Under the pieces are notes generated by a model, which worked only from the letters and a program-made list of their open reading frames with translations, made no database searches and was not told where the DNA came from. DNA of 64,000 bases from Planctomycetota bacterium (GTDB taxonomy: Bacteria > Planctomycetota > B15-G4 > SIAN01). Of this stretch, positions 26,357-35,274 are shown piece after piece; within the stretch, counting starts at the first letter, position 1, and each line of letters begins with the position of its first letter. The stretch spans positions 96,001 to 160,000 of the forward strand of contig JANNXA010000022.1 in the NCBI GenBank assembly GCA_031409275.1, read 5' to 3'. The position numbers and the translations under genes are program-made.

Positions 26357-27325
26357 TCAAACGGGCGATCGACCGCCGGGTCGTTGAATCATCCGCTCGT
26401 AAACCGCCGTGACGCGGTCGGTCAGTTCGTCGCCAGCGGCGGCCGCGTCGATCCAGGCGATCTCCGGGAACTGCCGGAACCAGTGGTCTTGGCGGCGAAC
26501 GAACGTCGTCGTGTCGCTGATGACTCGCTGCCGGCATTCCGCGAGCGTCCCCTGCCCCTGCAGGAAGTCGACCACCTGGCGGTAGCCGATCGCCAGGCCC
26601 GCGACAGGGCCAAGCCGACCGCTTTCGAGCAGCGCCCGCACTTCGTCGACGAGTCCGTCGCGGAACATCCGGTCCACTCGCGCAGTGACCCGATCGCGCA
26701 GCGCCGCCCTCGACCAGTGGATGCCGACGAGGTGCGGCGTGCCGTCGATGGCGCACCGGGTCGCGCGGCGTTGCCAGACGCTGAGCGCCTCTCCGGTCTG
26801 CGCCGCCACCTCGAGGGCGCGCACGATTCGCTTGCGATCGTTGGGATGGAGCCGCGTGGCGATCTCAGGGTCCTTCACCGCGAGGGTGGCGTGCGCAGCG
26901 GCCAGCCCGTCGCGATCGACCGAGAGCGCCACCGCCGCGCGGACCGCCGGGTCGATGGCGGGCACTTCGAAGAGTCCCCGCACCAGCGCGCGCAGGTAGA
27001 GCCCGGTGCCGCCGACGAAGAGCGGCAGCCGTCCGCGCGCTCGCACCGACGCGACCGCCGCCTGCGCATGACGCACGTAGTCGCCGACCGAGAAGCGCTC
27101 CGTCGGCTCGACGAGGTTGGTCAACGCGAAGCGAGCGGGCGCCTGCTTGTCGGTGCCGCGGTCCATGCCGCGGTAGACCTTCATCGAGTCCAGCGAGAGC
27201 AGTTCGAACGGCAGCCGCGATGCGAGCTGCAGCGCCACCGCCTTCTTGCCCGACGCCGTCGCCCCCACCAGGAAGCAGAGCGCAGCGTCGTGGTCCCCCT
27301 GGCGATCCTCAGTCGTCGTCGCCAT
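26357..27325 (-). CDS. miaA: tRNA dimethylallyltransferase
   Basis: GATASGK, SLDSMKVYRGMDRGTDK, VGGTGLY, LHPNDRKRIVRALEV, AIGY, RRQDHWF. Confidence 0.96.
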   Translation of the reverse strand: MATTTEDRQGDHDAALCFLVGATASGKKAVALQLASRLPFELLSLDSMKVYRGMDRGTDKQAPARFALTNLVEPTERFSVGDYVRHAQAAVASVRARGRLPLFVGGTGLYLRALVRGLFEVPAIDPAVRAAVALSVDRDGLAAAHATLAVKDPEIATRLHPNDRKRIVRALEVAAQTGEALSVWQRRATRCAIDGTPHLVGIHWSRAALRDRVTARVDRMFRDGLVDEVRALLESGRLGPVAGLAIGYRQVVDFLQGQGTLAECRQRVISDTTTFVRRQDHWFRQFPEIAWIDAAAAGDELTDRVTAVYERMIQRPGGRSPV

Positions 27326-28634
27326 CCGCGTCGTCTTCCGCCTCGCCATCATCCTTCGGGATCAGGATCGACACGGCGCTCAGCTCCTCGCGCAGGTGTC
27401 CGTCGAGTCGCGCTGCGAGGTCGGCCGCCGTCAACGACATCGCCGCCTCGATCAAGTCGTCGAGGCTGACGCCGCGGAAATGGCCCGACACGAGCGCACT
27501 TGCCAGCGACTCGGCCGAGTTGAAGGCGCGGACGTAGCGACCGAGGAATCGATTGCGGGCCAGCTCGAAGTCGGCGAGCGCGATTCCCTGCTGGCGTGCG
27601 TTCGCGAGCGTCTGGAACAGCTGCGTCACGAGGCGATCGGGCTCGTCGGTCTCGCCGGCGAGGATGGTGAAGCCGAAGTCGTGCTCGCCCGAGTAGGAGG
27701 CGTCGAACGAGTCGTCGATGAGTCCGCTCTCGTACAGGCGCGCGTGATGGAGCGAACTCGAGGAGAACAGCACGTCGAGCAGCAGCCGGGACGCGAGGTC
27801 GCGCCGCAGCCACGCCTTCGGGGCCACGGGCAGGTCGATGTCCTTGAAGCCGAGCGCGAGTTGCGGTCGCGACACGGCGAACGGCTGTTCGTGGCGCTTG
27901 CGCAGGATGGTCGTCGGCTCGTCGCAGCGCGGGCGCTGCCAGGCGCTGCCCGGTTCGAAGTGCAGCGACTCCATGGTCCGCTGGGCGACTTCGGCGGCGC
28001 GCGCTGCATCGAAGCCGCCGGCCACCGCCAGCACCATGTTGCGCGGGTGATAGAACGATCGGTGGCAGCGGTAGAGCAGCTCCGGAGTGATCTGCTGGAT
28101 CGACTGGACCGTGCCCGCGATGTTGATGCGGACCGGATGGCGCTGGTAGAGCGATTCGAGGAGGTTGAAGAAGACGATCCAGTCGGGATCGTCGTCGTAC
28201 ATCCGGATCTCCTGCTCGATGATCCCCTGCTCCTTCGCGACGCTCTCCTTGGTGAACCACGGGTCGTAGACGAAGCGGATCAGCGTCTCGAGGTTCTCCT
28301 CGAGCTGGCCAGCGCACGAGAAGTGGTACGAGGTCTTGCCGAACTCGGTGCCAGCGTTGCAGCTCGCGCCGCGTTGCGAGAAGCGCAGCGAGACGTCACC
28401 GTGCTGATCCTCGAAGAGCTTGTGCTCGAGGAAGTGGGCGATGCCGTCGGGCACCGCTTCGAGCGCACCGCTGGCGCTCGGCACGCGCGAATCGAGCGAG
28501 CCATAGCGCGTCGCCAGCATCCCGAAGGCTCGCGAGAAACCGGGACGGGGGTTCATCAGAAGCGTGAGGCCGTGCGCGAGCTCCCCGCGCAGCAGCGTTT
28601 CGCCGATCGCGTTGTCGATGGTCGAGAGGTTCAT
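27309..28634 (-). CDS. M16 zinc peptidase, active subunit (YmfH-like)
   Basis: PDGIAHFLEHKLFE, KEQGIIEQEIRMYDD, FYHPRNM. ATGA overlap with the upstream gene. Confidence 0.93.
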   Translation of the reverse strand: MNLSTIDNAIGETLLRGELAHGLTLLMNPRPGFSRAFGMLATRYGSLDSRVPSASGALEAVPDGIAHFLEHKLFEDQHGDVSLRFSQRGASCNAGTEFGKTSYHFSCAGQLEENLETLIRFVYDPWFTKESVAKEQGIIEQEIRMYDDDPDWIVFFNLLESLYQRHPVRINIAGTVQSIQQITPELLYRCHRSFYHPRNMVLAVAGGFDAARAAEVAQRTMESLHFEPGSAWQRPRCDEPTTILRKRHEQPFAVSRPQLALGFKDIDLPVAPKAWLRRDLASRLLLDVLFSSSSLHHARLYESGLIDDSFDASYSGEHDFGFTILAGETDEPDRLVTQLFQTLANARQQGIALADFELARNRFLGRYVRAFNSAESLASALVSGHFRGVSLDDLIEAAMSLTAADLAARLDGHLREELSAVSILIPKDDGEAEDDADGDDD

Positions 28635-29953
28635 GGTGTTCCGGCGCCTTCGGCGTGCGCCTCGCCTTCGAGGCAGAAGATGAGGTCGGGCGGCAGCACG
28701 CGCTGCGCCACCGCCTGGACGTCGGCTGCGGTCACCGCCGCGACCGCCTCGCACACCTGCTCGAGCGTGCGGAGCCGGCCGGTGGCGAGGTTCGCTTCGA
28801 GCGTCTCCACCATGCCGCCCGGCGAATCGAGCATGCTGCGACTGCCGCTGACGATCAGGTTCCGGGTCTGGTCGAGTTCATCGGCGCGCACCGGCGCCTG
28901 CCGCAGCGACTCGATCTCGGCTTCGACGAGCGCGGTCACCTTCTCCCGCGCGGCCGCATCGATCCCGCACGACGTGTAGAGGACGCCGCGCAGTCGATCG
29001 AGCGACGCGGAGGCGAAATAGGCGAGGCTGTGCTTCTCGCGGATCGTCTGGAAGAGCCGCGAGTGGAAGCCGCCGCCGAGGATGCCGGCGTAGACGCGCA
29101 ACGCGTCGAACTCGCGCTCGGTCAGGTTCGCGAGATCGACCCTGCGTCCGGTGACGAGCTTGCTCTGCGACACGGATTCCGATTCGACGAGGACGCGCGG
29201 CGCCGCCGGAGCGCGATGGGGTCGTGCGCCACTCGGAAAGGGCGCCGACGAAGCGGCCGTCGGGACGAGCTCTTCGAGGATGCGCACCACTTCCGCCGGC
29301 TCGAAGTCGCCGACGGCGAAGGCGCGCATCGGCAGGCGCGTGGTGATCTCGCGGTGGGCATCGAGCGCAGTGGCAGCAGTCAGCGCATCGGTCTGCGCGA
29401 CGGTGCCGAGCACCGGGCGACCATATGGATCGTCGCGGAACATCTCGTCGAGCAGTCGTTGGAACGAGTAGGAGAGCTTGTCGTTGAACTGCGCCTCGAT
29501 GTCGCGTCGGTGGTTCAACCGCTCCTGCTCGAAGATCGCCGCCGGGAAGCCGCCGTCGACGAGGAACGGCTCGAAGAGCAGTTCGCGAGCGAGCTTCAGC
29601 GCCGGCCCGAAGATCGGCGGCTTCCCCGGCAGGAATCGCTCCTCCACCGTCTCGAGGCGGAAGGTCAGGATCTGCTCGTCGCCGAGCTTGTACGCCGAGG
29701 ACGACCAGGTCGTCCCGTAGAGGCCTTCCAGCGCGCGCGAGACGGCGACCATGTTGGGCAGGCGCCGCGTGCCGCGTCGCAGCAGATTCGGCACCAGAGC
29801 TCGCGCCGCGTTGCGTTCCGACTGCGGCGCACGGACGTGCAGGCGCAGCAGCTTCGTCTTCCACTTTCGAGTCGGCAGGACGAAAACGTCGAGTCCGGAG
29901 CGGGTGCGCCGATGCTCGAAGTCGCCGGCCTTCTCGGTGTTTCCTGAAGTCAT
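28631..29953 (-). CDS. M16 peptidase, inactive subunit (YmfF-like)
   Basis: ILGGGFHSRLFQTIREKHSLAY; no HxxEH. Confidence 0.9.
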   Translation of the reverse strand: MTSGNTEKAGDFEHRRTRSGLDVFVLPTRKWKTKLLRLHVRAPQSERNAARALVPNLLRRGTRRLPNMVAVSRALEGLYGTTWSSSAYKLGDEQILTFRLETVEERFLPGKPPIFGPALKLARELLFEPFLVDGGFPAAIFEQERLNHRRDIEAQFNDKLSYSFQRLLDEMFRDDPYGRPVLGTVAQTDALTAATALDAHREITTRLPMRAFAVGDFEPAEVVRILEELVPTAASSAPFPSGARPHRAPAAPRVLVESESVSQSKLVTGRRVDLANLTEREFDALRVYAGILGGGFHSRLFQTIREKHSLAYFASASLDRLRGVLYTSCGIDAAAREKVTALVEAEIESLRQAPVRADELDQTRNLIVSGSRSMLDSPGGMVETLEANLATGRLRTLEQVCEAVAAVTAADVQAVAQRVLPPDLIFCLEGEAHAEGAGTP

Positions 29954-30058
29954 CGGGAAGGGAGCTTCCTCGGAGAGCGGAAGGCGAGGATCATAGGCAC
30001 CGTTGCGTCGTCGGCCGCGCCTCTTCCGGCGCGTCGCCACGCGCGTCGCGGAGGATCG

Positions 30059-30850
30059 GTGGTGTGGAAGCTCGAACGGGGCCGGCCGCGCTTGATCGGC
30101 ATGGTCCACCTGCTGGCGCTGCCCGGTGCGCCGCGGCCGGCGAACTGGCCGCGCCTGCTCGCGCGCGCCGTCGCCGACGCGCAAGCGTGGGCGCGCGGCG
30201 GCGCCGACGCGGTCCTGATCGAGAACTTCGGTGATCGTCCGTTCCATCCCGAGCGCGTGCCCCCCATCACGATCGCCGCCATGGCGCGAGCCATCGGCGC
30301 GGTGCGCGCGGCGGTCGACCTGCCGCTGGGCGTGAACGTGTTGCGCAACGACGCGCTCGCCGCCATCGCGCTCGCCGCGGCGTTCGAACTCGACTTCGTG
30401 CGCGTCAATGTCCACGCCGGCGTCGCGGTCACCGACCAAGGCGTGCTGGCCGGTCGCGCCGATGAAACGCTGCGATTGCGCGCGACCCTGCGTTCGCGGA
30501 CTCAGATCTGGGCCGACCTGCGCGTCAAGCATGCGCGTCCGCTGGTCGAGCGACCGCTGCTCGACGAAGCGCGCGAACTCTGCGAGCGGGCCGGGGCCGA
30601 TGCGCTGCTGATCACGGGTACCGCCACCGGCGCCTCGCCCGACCTTGCGCCTCTCGCTGGGCTGGTGCGCGCGCTGCCGCGCTGTCCCTTCCTGGTGGCG
30701 AGCGGCGCAGAGCCGAGCCTGATCGCCGCGAGTCGGGACCACCTCGCCGGGGTCATCGCCGGCACCTTCGCCAAAGTCGGGGGACGGCTTGCCGCGCCCG
30801 TCGACGTCGCCCGCGTGCGCGCGCTCGCGGCCGCCTGTCGCCGCCGTTGA
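30059..30850 (+). CDS. BtpA/SgcQ family TIM-barrel protein
   Basis: LIGMVHLLALPG, IENFGDRPF, GVNVLRND, VKHA, ITGTATG. Confidence 0.92.
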   Translation: MVWKLERGRPRLIGMVHLLALPGAPRPANWPRLLARAVADAQAWARGGADAVLIENFGDRPFHPERVPPITIAAMARAIGAVRAAVDLPLGVNVLRNDALAAIALAAAFELDFVRVNVHAGVAVTDQGVLAGRADETLRLRATLRSRTQIWADLRVKHARPLVERPLLDEARELCERAGADALLITGTATGASPDLAPLAGLVRALPRCPFLVASGAEPSLIAASRDHLAGVIAGTFAKVGGRLAAPVDVARVRALAAACRRR

Positions 30851-30932
30851 CGGCGGCGCTCTCCTTGCGTCGGCCGCGAGAGCGCGGTATTCGAGGCAGT
30901 TTGAACGCCCTCCTGGAACCCCTTCCCCTGTG

Positions 30933-32627
30933 ATGAGCGACGCCGAGCCAGCCATCTTCGACGCCCGCCAAGTCGGAGGCGACGTCTGCGCGATCCTGCC
31001 GACGGCGATCGATCCGGACGCCATGTCGGTCGTTCGGCGCCTGAACGCCTCTGGCCACCGCGCCTATTTCGTCGGCGGTTGCGTGCGCGATCTCCTGCTC
31101 GGCGGCACGCCGAAGGATTTCGACATCGCCACTTCGGCGCGACCGCGCCAGGTGAAGAAGCTCTTCCGCAACGCACGCATCATCGGCCGCCGCTTCCGCC
31201 TCGTGCATGTGCTGTTCCAGGGCAACAAGCAGATCGAAGTGTCGACGTTTCGCCGCGATCCAGGCGACGGCCCCGGCGATGCGGCGCTTGCCGGGTCGGC
31301 CGACGCCGCTGCGCGCGACTTCGGCGACGAGCAGCGCGACGTCCCGCGCGAAGACGAGCCGGAGTTCGCGCGCGACAGCGGGGATGGCGTCGGCGGCGGG
31401 TCGGATGGCGACGCCGACGAGGACCTCCTGATCCGCGAGGACAACGTCTACGGGACCGAGGCGGAGGACGCCGTTCGCCGCGACTTCACCATCAACGGGC
31501 TCTTCTACGACGTCGAACGCGAGCAGGTGATCGACTACGTCGGCGGCGTGCCCGACCTGCGGCGCCGCACGCTGCGCACCATCGGTGATCCGTCGCGCCG
31601 GCTGCGCGAGGACCCGGTCCGAATCCTGCGTGCGGTGAAGTTCGCGACACGGCTCAAGCTCGCGCTCGACCCGCTGCTCGCGTCGGCGATGGCCGACCAT
31701 CACGAAGATCTCACTCGCAGCGCGCCGCCGCGCGTCTTCGAGGAGATCTTGCGCATCCTGGGCGGCGCCGCACCCGATCGCGCGGTCGAGGTGCTCGTCG
31801 GCCTCGGCGTCTTTCGCGTGCTGTTTCCCGAGATGCCTCTGCGCGCGCCTCACGGCGAGCCCGATCCGCGTCTCGCCCGGCTGCTCGGACGGCTGCGCGC
31901 GATGGCGGCGATCGATCGCGGCCGCCGCTCGCTGCCGACCTTCGCCTACATTGCCGTGCTCTTCTGGGACGAGCTCCTCGAGCGCCTGCTCGGCGCCGAC
32001 TCCCCGGCCGAGTCGCATCACGCGCAGCCGAGTCAGTCGCTCGACGATTTCCTGCGCCCGCTCGGCACCCGCTGCCGCATGGCGAAGCGCGACACGGCGC
32101 GGGCGCGCGCGGCGCTCCTGGCGCTGCGCCGCATCGATCCGCGCTTCACCGATCAGGGCGGCAAGAAGCGTCGGCGCCGCGGCGGATCGGGCGACTTCCT
32201 GCGTCGCGAGTTCTTCCACGACGCGTTGCTGCTGATGGAGATCAGCTACCAGGCGGAGTCGCTCGACCTCGCCCCGGTCCTCGAATGGCAACAGAAACGC
32301 GATGAGCTCGGTGGTAGCGGCCCACGCCCAGCCGGCTCGCGCAGTGGCGCCGGCCGCTCGCCCCACGGTGGACGCGGCGCTCCTTCGCGGAGTGCGGCCG
32401 CAGACGGCGACGAGGTCGACGAATCGGACGGCGCGGCCGAGGCGGCACCTGAAATGGGCGGTGACGCGCGCGCTCCGTCGCCGCGATTCGGCGCGCGACC
32501 GGCAGCGACCAACTCGCCGCCGAGCGGGACGGATGGCGATGTGCTGCATCGGCGGCGCCGCCGCCGCCGCCAGCGCAAGAGCCAGCTCTTCGGATCGCCG
32601 CAGCGCGATGAAGGTGACCCGGCCTGA
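30933..32627 (+). CDS. pcnB: Poly(A) polymerase I
   Basis: VGGCVRDLL..PKDFDIAT, PAP signature IIGRRFRLVHV, RRDFTINGL, EDPVRILRA. Confidence 0.92.
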   Translation: MSDAEPAIFDARQVGGDVCAILPTAIDPDAMSVVRRLNASGHRAYFVGGCVRDLLLGGTPKDFDIATSARPRQVKKLFRNARIIGRRFRLVHVLFQGNKQIEVSTFRRDPGDGPGDAALAGSADAAARDFGDEQRDVPREDEPEFARDSGDGVGGGSDGDADEDLLIREDNVYGTEAEDAVRRDFTINGLFYDVEREQVIDYVGGVPDLRRRTLRTIGDPSRRLREDPVRILRAVKFATRLKLALDPLLASAMADHHEDLTRSAPPRVFEEILRILGGAAPDRAVEVLVGLGVFRVLFPEMPLRAPHGEPDPRLARLLGRLRAMAAIDRGRRSLPTFAYIAVLFWDELLERLLGADSPAESHHAQPSQSLDDFLRPLGTRCRMAKRDTARARAALLALRRIDPRFTDQGGKKRRRRGGSGDFLRREFFHDALLLMEISYQAESLDLAPVLEWQQKRDELGGSGPRPAGSRSGAGRSPHGGRGAPSRSAAADGDEVDESDGAAEAAPEMGGDARAPSPRFGARPAATNSPPSGTDGDVLHRRRRRRRQRKSQLFGSPQRDEGDPA

Positions 32628-32658
32628 ACCGTCGCAGCCTTCGGTTCCGGCGTCGCTC

Positions 32659-35274
32659 TCAGCGCCCTTCGCCGGCCGGAACCGGCGATCGCTTCTCCGC
32701 CAGGATCCGGGCCTTCGCGGCCTCGTAGAGCTCGGTCTGCTTGTTCACCAGGCGGACTGGATGACCGGCGATGAACTCGAAGCGCACGTGCGTGCGCAGT
32801 TCGAGCGGGTCGCCGTCGGTCACGATCACGTTCGCGCGCTTGCCGACGTCGAGGCTGCCGAGCTGGTCGCCGAGCCCGAGCATCTCGGCCGGAGCCAACG
32901 TGACCGCGCGCAGTGCGGCGTCACGCGGCAGGCCGAAGGCAGCGGCCATCCCCGCGTGGTGGCCGAGCTGGCGCACGTTCTCCTGTTCCATCGTCACGAT
33001 CGCGATCGTCACGCCGGCCGCATGCAGCCGCCCGGCGTTGTGGTAGGCCGCGTCGTAGCGCTGATCGCCTCCCGGCATCCCCAGCGGTTTCTCGACCAGG
33101 CAGCGCGCACCGTGCTGCTTCAGGAAGTCGGCGACGCGCCACCCTTCACCACACCCGAGCAGCAGGTAGTTCAGCTGGTGCTTCTCGGCGAAGAGAACCG
33201 CCGTGCGCAGCTGATTGGCGCCGTTGGCATCGATCACGAACAGCTGCCTTGGACGCCCCCCTTCGCTGCGAAGGAAGGGCAGCAGCGCTTCGTGGCCGGG
33301 CGCACGCGGGGTGTTCGGGTCGGCGGCGCGCGCCTCGCCGTGCCGCAACGCCGCCGCGAACCAGCCATCGAGCCGCGTGAACTCCTCCCTCTCGAGCGCC
33401 TTCTCGGGTGACTCCTCGTCGCTGACGGAGGGGCATGCGAGGCGCTGCACGAGGCCGTCGGCGACCGTCATCTCCTCCCACGTCGCTCCAGCGAGGTCGA
33501 TCACGCTGCCGCGTCCCGGCAGCGCCCCGCCCGACGGCAGCACCAGAGAGTGAGTGATGCCATCGCAGCGGGTCACGGCGATGTGGCTCGATCCAGGGTG
33601 GATCGAGGCGGTCACGCGCAAGTCGGGCTCGATCCCACCGATCTCGTTTGAGTCCTGGCCGCCGGCCACCGATCCGATCTCGCCGAGGCCGAGGGTGTCG
33701 CCCGCATCGAAGAGGCCGGGATAGACGTGCAGGCCTTCGCAGCGCACGACTTCAGCGTGGTCCGGCACGCGTACGTCGCGACCGACGGCGACGATCTTGC
33801 CGCCCTCGATCAGGACCACGCCCTGCTCGAGCGCCGGGCCGCTCACCGGATGGACGGTCCCGCCGACGAGCGCGTAGATGCCGCCGTTGCCAGGCAACGG
33901 GAGCGCGGAGGGATCGGGGCAGTCGATCGGTCCGAAGGCGGGCCCGGTCGCGTTCAGGGCGCGCGCTTCGCCGGCGCCGAGCTTGCGTTCGAAGTAGCAC
34001 TCGCCATCGACGAAGGTGTACTCGCAGCGCGAGTAGACGCTGAGCGGGTGGCCGTTGAAGATCGCGAGGTCGCCATCCTTGCCGACTTCGAGGCTGCCGA
34101 CGCTGCCGTCGATCCCGAGCTGCCAGGCGGGGTTGATGGTGACCTGCGCCAACGCGTGGGCCTCGTCGAGGTTCCCGTAACGCAGCGTCTTCGCCGCTTC
34201 GTGATAGAGCCGGCGCGTCAGGTCGACCGAGTCGGAATTGACCGAGCAGCGCACGCCGGCGAGTTCGAGCAGCGCGGCGTTGTGCGGGATGCCGTCGTAG
34301 GCCTCGAGCTTGTAGGCCCACCAGTCGCTGAAGGTGGAGGCGCCGGCGCCGTGGCGGGCGATCTCCGGCGCGACTTTGTAGCCCTCCAGCACGTGCTGCA
34401 GCGTCTTGATGCGGAAGCCGAAGTCCTCGGCCACGCGCATCAGCATCAGGATCTCGTCGGCGCGGTAGCAATGGCTGTGGACGAGGATGCGGCCTTCCAT
34501 GATGTCGACCAGCGCATCGAGGCGCAGGTCGCGGCGCGGTTCGAGCGACGGCTCGCCGCGCGCTTCCGCAGAGCGATGGTTCGCCCACTCGCGCCGATAG
34601 TCCTGCGCGCGCGTGAAAGCGCGGCGCAGCGCCGCCTCGACCCCCATCCGCGACCCCGGATAGCGGCGCGATCGGTCGAAGCCGCCGCCGTTGTTGCTCT
34701 GCTTGGGGTTCTCGCCCAACGCGAACTTGACGCCGCGCGGCGCGCCGGCGAAGAGCATCTCGGCAGCGCTCTTGCCCCAACGCATCTTGACGATCGCGTT
34801 CTGGCCGCCGATCACGTTGGCGCTGCCATGCAGCAGGTTCATCGTGGTCGTGCCGCCCGCGAGGGCGAGCCAGATCGACGGATCGCGGTGGTTCACCTCG
34901 TCGAGGATGCGCACTTCGGGGACGATCGAGAGCGTCCCCTCGTTGACGCCGCCCTCGATCGCGGCGTGGCTGTGGCAGTCGATCAGCCCCGGCATCACGA
35001 ACAGGCCCGTTCCGTCGAGGAGCGTCACTCCTGCCGGCGCGACGAGATCGCTGCCGATCGCCGCGATCTTCCCGCCGCGGATCAGCAGGTCACCCAGTTC
35101 GATCGTTCCTTGAGTCACGGTGAGCAGCGTGGCGTCGCGGACGAAGAGGTCGCCTCCCGTCCGCAGCGTCGGCACCCGATCAGCGTCCGTGACGAAGTCG
35201 TCGCTGCCACCCTCGCCGCCGCGCGCCACCGCGGCGCACGCGACCGCCACGAACCCGATGCGCCAGCTCTTCAT
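32659..35274 (-). CDS. Exported two-domain amidohydrolase
   Basis: Signal peptide. Domain 1: PGLIDCHSH, KFALGENPK, HSHCY, QHVLEG, NSD, GSLEVGKDGD. Domain 2: PGLFDAG...GSLDVGKRAN. Confidence 0.92.
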   Translation of the reverse strand: MKSWRIGFVAVACAAVARGGEGGSDDFVTDADRVPTLRTGGDLFVRDATLLTVTQGTIELGDLLIRGGKIAAIGSDLVAPAGVTLLDGTGLFVMPGLIDCHSHAAIEGGVNEGTLSIVPEVRILDEVNHRDPSIWLALAGGTTTMNLLHGSANVIGGQNAIVKMRWGKSAAEMLFAGAPRGVKFALGENPKQSNNGGGFDRSRRYPGSRMGVEAALRRAFTRAQDYRREWANHRSAEARGEPSLEPRRDLRLDALVDIMEGRILVHSHCYRADEILMLMRVAEDFGFRIKTLQHVLEGYKVAPEIARHGAGASTFSDWWAYKLEAYDGIPHNAALLELAGVRCSVNSDSVDLTRRLYHEAAKTLRYGNLDEAHALAQVTINPAWQLGIDGSVGSLEVGKDGDLAIFNGHPLSVYSRCEYTFVDGECYFERKLGAGEARALNATGPAFGPIDCPDPSALPLPGNGGIYALVGGTVHPVSGPALEQGVVLIEGGKIVAVGRDVRVPDHAEVVRCEGLHVYPGLFDAGDTLGLGEIGSVAGGQDSNEIGGIEPDLRVTASIHPGSSHIAVTRCDGITHSLVLPSGGALPGRGSVIDLAGATWEEMTVADGLVQRLACPSVSDEESPEKALEREEFTRLDGWFAAALRHGEARAADPNTPRAPGHEALLPFLRSEGGRPRQLFVIDANGANQLRTAVLFAEKHQLNYLLLGCGEGWRVADFLKQHGARCLVEKPLGMPGGDQRYDAAYHNAGRLHAAGVTIAIVTMEQENVRQLGHHAGMAAAFGLPRDAALRAVTLAPAEMLGLGDQLGSLDVGKRANVIVTDGDPLELRTHVRFEFIAGHPVRLVNKQTELYEAAKARILAEKRSPVPAGEGR

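Noticed and set aside
26305..26382. CRISPR mini-array
   Set aside because: Only two 14-nt repeats with an 8-nt gap, and no cas genes.
30839..30858. Palindrome CGCCGCCGT-TG-ACGGCGGCG at the btpA stop
   Set aside because: Low-complexity GC, no U-tract, plausible by chance.
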